Below are positions 42,079 to 56,549 of a stretch of DNA of 64,000 bases, in pieces; positions within the stretch are counted from its first letter, which is position 1; each line of letters begins with the position of its first letter. A model generated the notes under the pieces. It saw nothing but the letters and a program-made list of their open reading frames with translations, was not told the origin of the DNA and did not search any database. The stretch lies in NCBI GenBank assembly GCA_964016885.1, contig OZ024764.1, positions 17,980,001 to 18,044,000 of the forward strand, in the 5' to 3' direction. The position numbers were made by a program, and so were the translations under genes. The stretch comes from Eledone cirrhosa (Eukaryota).

Positions 42079-44537
42079 TTTTTTTTTTTTTTATGAAATA
42101 TATACAAGGAAGATTAATCCATTTATGAGGTATCTATTTTTGAAGTTCTAGTTAAACTTTAATTAGCTACCTACATAGCTATGTGTGCTTACACACTTTT
42201 ACAAATTATCCCCCGTGATTGTTTCATATGTTTATTTTAGATATATATATATATATATGTCAATCAATTTCTAGTTGATATATATAATTATATATATATA
42301 TAAAAGGTAAACAGAAATAACAACACAATCAGTACAGTATATGGAAGGGATATATTAGGTTAACGCTTGAAATAGCAGGAAGAGGGTTTTAACGTTTCGG
42401 GGACACACACATGATGATGTTTACAAGTAAGAACAGTAACAACAACAACAACAACAGCAACATACCACTGAACTCCTTCAGAGTGTCCTTGGAGACCACC
42501 GGTGGACTGAGTAAGACTTCAACAACTTTAAACTCCACACTGAGGGGAAGATGGTTTAAATACCGCAGCCTGTTTCGTAGTTCCTGGAACAAAACACAAC
42601 CCTGGTCAGACACAAGTATGGAGTACCTTGGATTGCTAGAAATAGCAGTCAAATATCTCCAGTGATCACACACTATAGTTCTTTGTTTTTTAAAAGTGTT
42701 TCTATCTTATTCTTTTACCAACAATCTACCTATCTGTTTATTCATCTGTCTGTCTACATATCTATCTACCTGTCGCTCTACCTAGAAGTTTGTCTATCTA
42801 CCTGTCGCTCTACCTAGAAGTTTGTCTATCTACCTGTCGCTCTACCTAGAAGTTTGTCTATCTACCTGTCGATCTACCTAGAAGTTTGTCTACCTACCTG
42901 TCGCTCTACCTAGAAGTTTGTCTATCTACCTGTCGCTCTACCTAGAAGTTTGTCTATCTACCTGTCGCTCTACCTAGAAGTTTGTCTATCTACCTGTCGC
43001 TCTACCTAGAAGTTTGTCTATCTACCTGTCGCTCTACCTAGAAGTTTGTCTACCTACCTGTCGCTCTACCTAGAAGTTTGTCTATCTACCTGTCGCTCTA
43101 CCTAGAAGTTTGTCTACCTACCTGTCGCTCTACCTAGAAGTTTGTTTACCTACCTGTCGCTCTACCTAGAAGTTTGTCTACCTACCTGTCGCTCTACCTA
43201 GAAGTTTGTCTATCTACCTGTCGCTCTACCTAGAAGTTTGTCTACCTACCTGTCGATCTACCTAGAAGTTTGTCTACCTACCTGTCTGTCTGTCTACCTA
43301 TTTGTCTATCTATCTACCTACCTGTTGCTCTACCTAGAAGTTTGTCTACCTACCTGTCTGTCTACCTATTTGTCTATCTATCTATGTACCTGTTGATCTA
43401 TCGATTTATCTATCTATCTACATATGTACCTGTCTGTTTACCTATCAATCTACCTACCCATGTCTATTTACCTATGAGCCTGTCTATCTCCCGCTCGCCA
43501 TACCTATCTATCTACCTACCTGTCTGTCTGTCTATCAATTCATCTATCTCTCTCTGTACCTGTAATCTATCTGTCTGTCTATCTGTGTATCCGTCAGTGT
43601 CTGTCTGTTCTTATCACTAACCGGAGGGTCCAGCAAAACAACAGAGCCCACATAGTTGTAGTAGTAGTGGCAGTAGCAGTAGCAGTAGTTAGTTACCTGT
43701 GCCATAGCTATACTCTCCACCTCAAGTACTGTAGTAGTAGTAGTAGTTACCTGTGTCATAGCTATACTCTCCACCTCAAGTACTGTAGTAGTAGTAGTAG
43801 TTACCTGTGCCATAGCTATACTCTCCACCTCAAGTACTGTAGTAGTAGTAGTAGTTAGTTACCTGTGTCATAGCTATACTCTCCACCTCAAGTACTGTAG
43901 TAGTAGTAGTAGTAGTAGTAGTTAGTTACCTGTGTCATAGCTATACTCTCCACCTCGACAATGGTGGCAACAATTGAGTCGGGGCTGTTCTCCAAGCTGC
44001 CATATTGCCAAGCAAGACACCTGGCGTTCACAGCATGTAAATAGATTGGCTGACCATCAGAAGCTGCGAGGTGAGTAAAGAATAAAAAAAATGGATGTTA
44101 TCATCATCATCACCATATATATATATACAATATATATACAATATATATATATATATATATTATATATATACAAGCATAGATGAGTTGAGAGAGAAACTGT
44201 GTATAAGAGGGATAGGCTGTAGTGACCAGGAGAGAAGACTGAGATGGTATGGACATGTGATGCACATGGAGGATGGCCGCTGGGTTAAGAAGTGCCAAGA
44301 AATTCCAGTAGAAGGAAGACGTGGTAGAGGAAGACCACAATAAACATGGGCGGAGGTGGTGAGAACAGACCTAGGATTGGTGAAACTCACAGAGGAGATG
44401 ACGAAGGACCGTGACAAGTGGAGAGATGCTGTGCTGAATAGGACCCGTCCCACCCTTGCAAGCAGGGAAAAGCGGACGTAAAATGATGATGATGATATAT
44501 ATATATACAATATATATATAATATATATATACACATA

Positions 44538-44568
<31 letters not shown>

Positions 44569-45522
44569 AGCGGGCCCTCCATACATTTGAAGCACATGAG
44601 ACACGAGAACCTCTTTAATCTTTTGTTCCCCGTGTAACGAGATAAGGTTAAAGTGTGACTAACGAGGTGAAGGTAAAACGCTGCAACATACCTTGATAAA
44701 AGTAAAACGTATCCTTCACCGTGTTGGCCTGCATGCCTCTCCTGTGTTCCTGTTTCTCTTCTGTGGCGTGGTGAGGAAGTTCAAGGGACAGGGCTGCCAT
44801 CTCTGTCGGCATAGTTTCATAGTCAGTCAGATTGGTCACTATTGGACCACCACAGCCTGTTAGAAGGGCAGCGGATATCGGAGCAGTCTCGGACAGCATG
44901 GCAGTGGATATCGGAGCAGTCTCGGACAGCATGGCAGCGGATTTTGGAGCAAGGTCAGACAGCATGGCAGCGGATTTTGGAGCAAGGTCAGACAGCATGG
45001 CAGCGGATTTTGGAGCAGTCTCAGACAGCATGGCAGCGGATTTTGGAGCAGACTCAGACAGCATGACAGCGGATTTTGGAGCAGACACAGACAGCATGAC
45101 AGGGGAAGTCGGAGCGGTCTCTGTGTCTGACAGCGTGGCAGTGGAAGAAGGAGCGCTGTCAGACAGCATGACAGGGGAAGAAGGACTGGTGTTAGACAGC
45201 ATGACAGCAGATGTCAGAGACTCTGGTTGCTGGGAACTTTCATTGTCAGGCAAGCAAGCTGTTGGCAGCCTGGCACCAGGTGTCACCTTGTCATCGAAAG
45301 CATCAATGTATTCTGTCATGGCCTGTGGGGGGTGGAGGAAAGGGAGAGAAAGAGAAGTGAATGAAAAGGTAAGACAATTCTCTATTAAGTTCATATAAAT
45401 AAATATATATATAGACATACATATACATATATGATCTAGACAAGCCAGGAAGCTGATATATATACACATGCACACACACACACAATTTATTCCATACACG
45501 TTGTATATATATATATATATGT

Positions 45523-45562
<40 letters not shown>

Positions 45563-48500
45563 ATGTATATATATATATATGTATGCATATCATCATCATC
45601 ATTTCATTTTACGTCCGCTTTTTCCCTGCTTGCAAGGGTGGGACGGGAACTGATTCTGGCTTGATTCTACAGCTGGATGCCCTTCCTAACACCAACCTCA
45701 TTTACAGTGAGTGCTGGGTACTTTTTTGCTGTGGCACCTCCACGACCACTTTGCAGTGGAATGATATGAACTCCAGTCCCTATCATCTCATTTCTACAGC
45801 TGAGTAAACTGGAGCAATGTGAAATAAAGTGTCTTGCTCAAGGAAACAACACATCACCCGGTCTGAGAATTGAACTCACAACCTTTCGATTGCAAGGCCA
45901 ATGCTCTAACCACTAAGCCATATGTATCTGAAAACCTGGTGCTGACCTTAGAAGAAGCCAGTAAGGGTTCTGGTTCTTTGCTGAGGGTGTCATCAAGTTT
46001 CAAGTTACCAAAGTTGCTCTGGAGACACTGCTGAGCTTCATCGGTGTGAGGCTGCGTTAAATTAGCAATCCGCACCTACAGGAAGTTGATATAGAAATAT
46101 TTGATAAAGAATTACCAACATGGACATCTACATCTCTTTCGACACTAAACTAGCTCTGGTTCTACGAAACAAAAGACAAAACCACCCATTTGAAAGGGTT
46201 GTTATTTAAATTAATATCTTCCAACATAATTTTATACAAGATTCAATATGGGAATCATATGTTAAGTTACTGCCTTAGTAATCGAATAATAATTTTAGTA
46301 AATCCCTCCAAATTCTTCATTAACCAGTGATTTTACCTGTAGTAAAGAGTGGTAGTACTTGTATTAGTATTAGCAATAGTAGTAGTAGTAGTAGTATTAG
46401 TGGTGGTAGTGTATATATATATATATAGGGTGAAAGCAAAATTCTTTGTTTAAACTTTAAAAAAAATATATATATATATATATAAATACACACACACACA
46501 GATAAAGAAAGAATTTAGCTATAAAATAACTGAAAGCATGTGTGATAAGCCTAGTTCCCTCCTATAGACCCAGTATATATATACAGCTATGTGTTCATGT
46601 AAAATATAACCATATCAAAATAACAAAACGTGATTATCTCCCTTGTTCCACAAATTTACTTCTTATACAAAGACATGTTCAGGGCAGATATCAGCGGTTT
46701 AACCCTTTAGTATTTACAGCCTGGCCCAAACTAGCCCTGGTTCTATGAAATAAAATCACCCATTTTAAAGGGTTACTATTTAAATTAAAATCTCCCAACA
46801 TAATTATATATCAGCACCCTATGTTAAGTTACTGTCTTAGTAATGAAATATTTAATAATTTTAGTAAATCACTCAAAATTCTTCATAAATTAATTGCAAT
46901 ATATGGTTCCTATTTAAATTGAATACCTTATACAATAAGTTGACGACCCTTAAAGGCGGAAAAAGAAGTTGCCATCAACCGCTACATATATATATATATA
47001 TATAGTATATAATCACAGCTTGTGTATGGTATTAAAAGAAATGTTATTTTGGTTAGTAAAAAGTTTGAAAATATAAAAACAATCTCACCTTTTGTTGTTC
47101 CATTGCAGATTCTATGAAACAGACCTCAGATTCCTGGTGAACAGACCGGAACAAGAAGGAGGAATGAGATGAGGAAAATAGAGACAGTCGGACATTTTTA
47201 TCTTTCTTAACCCTTTAGCATTCACATTACTCTATATATACTATTATATTTTCATGGTAAAGGCTTTACCTTGCATAATTATCTCACATAATATCAAATC
47301 TATGAGATTTTGAAAGTATTTATTTTGAGAACAATACCTTAACATCAGTATGAGTGGCCGGTTACAGCCAGTTTTGGCCAGTTTGAAAATTAAAGGTTTA
47401 AAACCAAAAAAGTTTTTAACCCTTTAGCATTTAAACCAGTCGTAACTGGTCAGAATTCTCTCACCTCTTTATGTACAGTGGTCAGGTGCACTACAACTCA
47501 TCAAAGGTGCATGTATAGTACATAGAATAATGTATAAATGTCAGGAAAGTAAACAGTGTATGAGTCATGATATACACAGATACAATAAATATAGCAAACA
47601 TAGAATAATGTAAATACTAAAGGGTTAAACCATTCTAAATATCATACACAGGAATATTGTCGATGGCCAGAATCTCTCACTTTCTGGTCAAACCAGCCGT
47701 AACTGGCCACTCATACTGATGTAAAGGCATTGTTATCAATATAAATAATATCAAAATCTCATATTCCATAAAGCCTTTACCACAAAAATACAATAGTAAA
47801 TATAGAGTAATGTAATGCTAAAGGTTAAACAATAAAGTTATACATGTAAAGTGTTGTTTAGTAAATTTTAATAATTACACCTATTTCTAGGGTGGTAGAG
47901 ATACTCTGGACAATGCAGAGAGCACAATATGTCCACATTATCAAACCACAACTGCACCTTATGACATGCATTACTGCATGTCAGTGTGCAGTGTGTATAT
48001 ATATATATATATATAACAAAGAAAGTGTGGTAAGGAACACGATGGACCATAACACACCAGAGTACTCGATACTTAGAGTTGTAGAGTGGGTAATAGGGAA
48101 AGAGTCAGGACCCCGACGGTTGAACTCCGGTCGTTTCGACAGCTAGATCTGAACTAAACCAGTAATATATACAGGTTTAGTTCGGATCCAGCTGTTGAAA
48201 TGGCCCGAGCTCAGCTGTCGGGGTCCTGACTTTTCTTATATATATAAGGCCAGCCACCTAGGGCACAGACCAGAGAGGTGCATTACTGAATCTTAAAGGA
48301 TCACAGTTTTATACAGGGCTGATGCTACCATTAAGGCCAACTAGGGCAGCCACAGACCTCAGAGAGGTTCATATTTCAGGAGAAAGTTCCAGACTGTAAA
48401 CCTACCTCAGCGTTAGACATCTGTAGAAGCAGTTCTTTGTCCTCGATGTCTGTCACCAGTTCCTGGACATCATGTGTGGAGGCCAGCAACACTTTACTGA

Positions 48501-49960
48501 AGCACACTTTCTCAGTTTCTGAAAACAACAACAAATAAGTGAATTGTTTTTTTATTTATCAAAGGCTTACTAATCAGTAATCAGAAGCAGGTAAGTATAA
48601 AAGCCAAATTTGCTATCTTCAGTTCGGTATTCATGCCAACCCTTACCTATGGTCATAAATCTTGGTTAATGACCAATAGAATGCGATCGCGAATACAACC
48701 GGCTGAAATGGGATTCCTCCGAAGGGACATTACATGATAAAGTGCGTAACTAGGAGATGAGAGAGTCACTCCAGGTAGAGCCGCTACTTCTCCAAATTGA
48801 GAGGATCACAGCTCTGATACTAAAAAGGGATTTGGTTAGAATGTTTCAGCAAAGAATCACTGGACAGGTTTTATGGGCAAAACCAACCGGCAAGAGACCC
48901 AGGGGTAGACCCCGAGTAAGATGGTTGGATAACATCCAAGAGACACTAACACACATATATATATATATATACATACATACATACATATGTTCTGAAGAGA
49001 TTGTTTTGGTAAAAACAGGAGCAAACAGGAGAAAGTCCCCAACAATCGCAGTTTTTATAAACATAACAAAATAAAATGCTGAGGTTACATAAATTGTTTA
49101 ATCATTATAATTATTTCCATGGTTCTCTATACAATCGAGAAGTCCTTCATGTATTTGTTGTTATCCTGATATTTATATACTGCCAGCAGCATATCCATAA
49201 ATCCGATTTCATCTGAGGATACCATTCTCATAACAACAAATGCATGAATAGTTATAATGATTAAACGATTTATGTAACCTCAGCATTTTATTTTGTTATA
49301 TATATATATTATATATATTTTCTCAGTGCTTAAAAACCGGAAGTTTGGTTTTGTACATTGGTTGTATAAATAAATATCTTTATTTTCTCACCTTTAACAT
49401 TGCATGGTTTTGAAGGCGGTCCTTGCCAACCAGCCCTAGCAACCGGTATCGTACTACCTTTCTGCCGTCTCATTAGGGTCAGACATATCTTGTCCCCTGT
49501 TTGGTACCTGGTCACTTCAGTTGTTTTCACACTGTCAGAACAAGAAACATAATATTAAATTAAATTTTTTAAAAGTAGGTTGACTTAACCCTTTAGTATT
49601 TACATTACTCTATATTTACTATTGTATTTTAGTGGTAAAGGCTTTATCTCACATAACATCCAATCGTAACGGTCCATAACAAAGCATGGTGTCTGACACT
49701 CAGCCAATACACAGGGGTAGCTAAGAGAAAACAATTGACTGGAACAAGAATTTGAATTGCTATACAGAAATAATATAATATAATATATGTCACTCCACTG
49801 TACATCAATATATACATATGTATCTGTATGTCTCTTGCGTTGGAAAGGAAGTCATTTATGTGTACAAATATTGAAAAATGCTCCGAAGACTCCCAGCCTA
49901 GGTTTGGATGAAACAATTGTAAGTGAATAAATGCTTTGAACATAGCTTTGATTCTTGTGA

Positions 49961-50012
<52 letters not shown>

Positions 50013-53000
50013 GAGTCTGACCATGTCATTAGTGCCCAGAATCTCTACACCCACATTCTTGAGGGACGCATATATATACACACACACAAACACACAATAA
50101 CAAATGAAAGACAACTGACCTCTTCAAATCCTTCTGATAAATTGGTTCGTTACATATTGGACAGCGATGCCATTTCTTCTCAGACAAGGCAAGATAATGT
50201 AGGATACAAGACCAGCAGTAGATGTGACCACATTTCGTGATTTTACCTGTAGTAAAGAGCAGTAGTACTTGTATTAGTAATAGTAGTAGTAGTATTAGTG
50301 GTCGTACTATATATATATATATAAATAAAATATATATATTGTTTTATATATATATATATCCTATGTTGGATGAAAGCAAAATTCTTTGCTTAAACTTTAA
50401 TCTGTTAATTAAATAAATAAATAAATATATATATAAATATACACACACACAGATAAAGAAAGAATTTAGCTATAAGACAACTGAAAGCATGTGTGATAAG
50501 CCTAGTTCCCTCCTATAGACCCAGTATATATATACAGCTATGTGTGTTCATGTAAAATACAACCAACTCAAAATAACAACAAAACGTGATTATCTCCCTT
50601 GTTCCACAAATTTACTTCTTATACAAAGACATGTTCAGGGCAGATATCAGCGGTTTAACCCTTTAGTATTTACATTACTCTATATTTACTGTTGTATTTT
50701 TGTGGTAAAGGCTTTACCTTACATAATATCTCACATAATATCGAATCTATGAGATTTTGAGAACAATACCTTAATATATTTCTGACATCTCTCTATATTT
50801 ACTGTTGTATTTCTGTGGTAAAGGCTTTATCTTACATAATTATCTCGCATAATATTGAATCTATGAGATTTTGATATCATTTATTTTGAGAATAATACCT
50901 TAACATCAGTATGAGTGGCCAGTTACAGCTGGTTTGAACAGAAAGAGGTGAGATAATTCCTGCCATCCACAGTGTTCCTGTGTATGATGACATTTAGAAA
51001 AGCTTAGGGGGGTGCGAGAGAGAGAGGAGATGTTTACAGTGATTAGTCCTTACCTGCCATTGGACGACTGAGACAAATGGGACAGAGAGGCAGCTCAGGT
51101 GACGACATGCGCTGAAATTTAAAAGAAAGATAAATAAAAAATAAACAATTGACCTTGAAAAGTTATCAGAGGTGAAATTCAACAATCATAGAAAGAAGGG
51201 GGTGTGAGAGAAATTGGGGGAGGAGGAGAAAAGGATGGGGAAAATAGAGAGAGAGAGAGTTGTGAGGTAGAGAGAGAGAGAGATTTGAGGAAGGGGAGAA
51301 AATGGTTAGAGAGAGTGGTGGGAGAAGAGAAAGAAAGAAATTGGAAGAGAGGGAGAATAATAGTTGAAGAGTGGAGGGGGAAGAGAGATTGGTCAGAGTT
51401 AGAGAGAGAGGGGGTCGGGGAGAAGGAGGAGGCAGACCTCAGTGCCTCCCCCTCACCCCCAAGATACTCACCACTTGTTCAATAGTGTCCCAGTCAAGGG
51501 GTTTATCAGGGTCAGTGGTATGGATGCTGTAATCTCCAGAGTCTTTCACAACAAACTGGCAACTAGAGAGAAACACAGGAAAACATTTGAGATGGTGGAA
51601 CCCGTATACAGCTAGGTGGATTGTGGCTTAATACAATAACCTGTTTTAACTTATACGCTGAGCTCTTGCCAAACCCATCCAACAGTGGAACCATGTTTTG
51701 GAGTCCGACCCATCTATATATATATATAGATATATATAGGAAAAAGTATGACCCCGACGGGGTACCAAGACACATTGATACGCTCTCATCAGATAAAATA
51801 CAAAATTTGTTTTATAAATAGTAACATACCCGGGAAACCAGACCTTATCAGTTCAGGTTCCGTTTGGATAGTGAAAGAAAAAGAAAAAAATTTCAAATCT
51901 TTAGGATGGTTACCGAATTATATACATTTGGAAAATGATAGAGCAAAAGGTGCCAAACTTTGGTATCAAAAGCTACCACTCACTGAGCCACAGAAGACGC
52001 TGCCAGCTACCACCAATCAACAAAAAGGCTGGCCAGGCAGCAAAAACCCTGCGAGAGTCAAGTCTGTTGGTTCGAGGGGCACAACTATTCAACTCCATTC
52101 CGGTACATGTCAGAAATCTATCAGGATGCAGTGTGGAATCATTCAAATTGCAGCTGGATAGATACTTAAGCACCATTAGAGATGAACCCCATCTCCCAGG
52201 ATATACACAACGAGCACAAACTGACTCAAACTCGCTCCTACACATGTCAAAATTAAACAGAGAATCCAACCTGGCAATCACACCAGACTCTGAGGGTGGA
52301 GTCTTCGACTTGGCCTGAGCATGGACTCAAACTCAAATGAAATGAAATGAAATGAAATGGATATGTAAATGAAGTATAAGCTTAGACTGAAAAAATTATT
52401 ATATTTAGACGCTAGGTAAATTTAAATAATTATTAGGATACTTTATAAAAAAAGAAGAAAAAGAGAGGCTAATATTAGTATTAGGGTGCAAGTAGATTTA
52501 AAAATTAAAAATGTGTTGAAGTGGTAGAATACTAATCCAAAAATTTAAAATATATAGATATATATACACACACATAAATATATGGTTATATATCACACCC
52601 TATCATTTCTATATCCTAAATTCTAATTTACCGTTCGTTATATTTCGATGTTCTGAAATATATGAAATGACAAGAGCTTATTAATTTTACAGATTTTTTC
52701 CAACTCCTCTGCTTATTAAATTTTGCTAATCTATCTCCAGCGAAATTTTATTGAAAGTGATTCATATTGAAACATCAACTGGAGAATCTAATAATAATTT
52801 TATTTTACATTAACTCTTTAGCATTTAAACCGGTCGTATTCTCTCACCTCTTTCTGTTCAAACCTGCCGCAACTGGTCACTCATACTGATGTTAACGTAT
52901 TGTTGTCAAAATAAATAATATCAAAATCTCATAGATTCGATATTATGTGAGGTAAAGACTTTACTGGAAAAATACAATAGTATATATAGAGTAATGTAAA

Positions 53001-56000
53001 TGTTATGCGAGATATTATGTGAGGTAAAGCCTTTACTGTGAAAATACAATAGTATATATAGAGTAATGTAAATGTTATGTGAGATATTGTGAGGTAAAGC
53101 CTTTACTGTGAAAATACAATAGTATATATAGAGTAATGTAAATACCAAAGGGTTAAAAAACAGAACATTACAAGAAATCCCATATTTATGAATGTACACA
53201 AAACAATTACCCATTTCCCACCCCCCTGCTTATAAAAATTTAAGCAAATGTCCAACTCCCTACCCCGCTATTATTTGGGACTCGAGAGAAGATGAATAGC
53301 TGAGTTTGAGGGGTGGTGTCAACTTACTTTGCTTGCAGATACTGTTGTTTGTTGAAGATCGGCCCAACGTATCTTGGTCTGCGCACGAAATGGTGGTAGG
53401 CGGCAGAGCGACCACGTCGAGTGCCATAATCGAAGTTGATCATGTGACTGAGGTCATTCTGGTTCAAGATGGAATCCAATTCAGCCTCCATTTGATCTGC
53501 TACCTGGAAAGGGACACACAGACAGAGAGATAATAATTAGACCTAGACACACAGACAGACAGAGAGATAATGATTGTTTGTAATTTAGGCCCAAGGCCAA
53601 CAATTTGAAGGGGAGGGGAAAGTCAATTAAATCAACCCCAGCGCATTACTGGTACTTTATTTTATCAACCTCGTAAGGATGAAAGGCAAAGCTAACCACG
53701 ATAGGATTTGAACTCAGAACATAAAGAGCCTTAACTCTATAACTATACGCTGTAAAGAATGTTGTCCGATGATCTACCGATTCCACTGACAATCCATCAC
53801 CCTTATAATAATAATTGAGTCTACATTTGGTACTTCTTCACCAACAATCAAAACATGGCCACACCAGTGCAGTCTTCTCTCCTGCACACTACATCTCTCT
53901 CAGCCCAGGTCATCCCCAACTGTAGCTTCCTTCCACTGGAAACTCCTGGCACTTCTTCACCCAACAATCATCATCCATACACATCACATGTCCATACCAG
54001 CAGAACCCTCTCTCCTGTACACTACACCTAATTCCTCTTATGTCCAGGTCTTCTTCAACTGAAGCTTCCTTCCACAAGGAACTCCTGGCAGTTCTTCACT
54101 CGACAATCACATGTCTATACCAGCAGCAGAACCCTCTCTCCTGTACACTACACCTAATTCCTCTAAACCAAGGTCTTCTTCAACTGGGGACCTGCCACCA
54201 CACACACACACACACACAAACAGCCCCCCACCCCACCCCAAGACAAGACACACAAACAGAGTGATACTCACCTCATTTCTCGACTTGTCATTAAAATTGC
54301 CTCTAATTCGAGGTCTTTTATCACTGGCTGACCTGTTCTTTTGAGGTGCAGGTTTCTTGGTGGGGTTACCTTCCTGGTATATACGACCCCCATTTTCTTT
54401 CTTCTTGTTATTGCGTTGAAATCGGACATTGTCTGAAAAAATAACAAATAATCTATCAACATCATCATGTAAGTGTGGTTGGTGTTAGGACGGGCGTCCA
54501 GCTGTAAAATACCCAGCTAAATTTACAGTCCTTGTCGGAGCAAGGTGCAGTATGGCCAACTCTGGCCAGGCTTGCCTCCCGGTTTGGACAACCTGTCTAA
54601 CCCATGCAAGTATGGAAAAATGGGCACTAAATTTGATGATGAAGATCATCATCAAATTTCAACGTACTTCAGACGAGGAGAGGTAGCTAGCAACAGATAT
54701 CCTGGTTGGCCCAACTGGATGTCGACCCCAGTACAGTCCTTCACTATCCAGGTGTTAGCCTCACACTGAGGGAGTAGGTACCCATGAGTTGACCATACAC
54801 AGGTGTCAGCCAATTCAAGACAGTTGCCATGGCACCACAGAAAACAACAGAACACATACCGAGTGAGTACCCAGAGTCCCGCGCACCTGAGAGTGTGGTA
54901 CTAACACAAACCCTAACTCCACTATCATGAGGCGCAGTTACAGTTACCCACCCTGTATATATACAGATATAATTTTATCATACACTTTGGCTGTTTAATG
55001 CAGTGATATATATATGGGTACACAAGAGATGTAGCGGGATCTCAGGAAGCTTAATTAAGAATGTAGGATTCACATGCAGCAGCTGTGCTGAAACAGCAAG
55101 CAGCAAACAGCCACAGGAAACAAGTACCACCAATCTCTGGGAGGGCCCTGTAGAAACAGTAGACAGCTTCTGCTACCTAGGTGACCGAATTAGCAACGGA
55201 GGTGGGTGTTCAGAAAGTACAATAACTAGGGTAAGAACGGGATGGAAGAAGTTTAGGGAACTACTGCCACTGCTAGCTGCAAAAGGCTTCTCCCTCAGAA
55301 TGAAAGGCAGACTGTATGATGCGTGTATCCGAACAGCGATGTTGCATGGTAGTGAGACCTGGGCGCTGAAGGTGGAAGACTTATGTAGATTAGAGAGAAA
55401 CGAAGCCTGCATGCTCTGATGGATGTGTAATAGTAATATACGCGAACGACAAAGCATAAATGAATTGAGAGAGAGACTGAGCATAAGAGGAATCAAATGC
55501 TGTGTGCAGGAGAGGCGGTTGCGCTGGTATGGACATGTGATGCGTATGAAGGATGACAGCTGCATAAAAAGGGGCAGAGCACTAGAAGTTGATGGAAACC
55601 GCAGAGTGGGGAGACCCAAGATGACCTGGGATGAGGTGATAAAAGCCGACCTTACCCAATTACACCTCTCAAAGACAATGACACACGACCGTGACTTCTG
55701 GCGTCACGCAGTAATACAGAGTACCCGACCTCCCATGGGTACATGCTGAAAGATATAAACAATATGCCCCCCCCCCCCCCCCCACCGCAAGGTGGTCGTG
55801 GAGGTGCCACGGCAAAAAAGCACCCAGCCCACACTGTAAAGTGGACGTGTAGGCGCCACGAAAAAGCACCCAGCACTCACTGTAAATGAGGTTGGTGTTA
55901 GGAAGGGCATCCAGCTGTAGAAATCAAGCCAGATCAGTTCCTGTATGAGCAAGGCATGGTCAGCCGACCAGACACTGCACACAACAGGACAACCCGTCTA

Positions 56001-56053
56001 ACCCATGCTAGCGTGGAAGAACGGACGTAAAACGGTGATGATGATGATGATGA

Positions 56054-56094
<41 letters not shown>

Positions 56095-56435
56095 GAAATG
56101 AGATGATAGGGACTGCGGTCCCTATCATTCCACTGCAAAGTGGTCGTGGAGGTGCCACGGCAAAAAAGTACCCAGCACTCACTGTAAATGAGGTTGGTGT
56201 TAGGAAGGGCATCCAGCTGTAGAAATCAAGTCAGAATCAGTTCCCGTCCCACCCTTGCAAGCAGGGAAAAGCGGACGTAAAATGATGATGATGATGATGA
56301 TAAACGTGTGTATATATATATACATACATATATGTATGTATATATATATGTCGTAATGTAATGGTGTAAATATATACGCCTATAATTACACACCAACACA
56401 AACACAACTATATGGAGCATAGCCAAATACCAGAC

Positions 56436-56476
<41 letters not shown>

Positions 56477-56501
56477 CACACACACATATATATATAGCAC
56501 T

Positions 56502-56549
<48 letters not shown>

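Noticed and set aside
42385-42415. GAAACGTTA motif on the minus strand resembling a hammerhead 3' half
   Set aside because: No upstream CUGANGA core or stem I partner found
44832-45398. 188-aa plus-strand ORF
   Set aside because: Antisense shadow of the repetitive RNF10 exon 11
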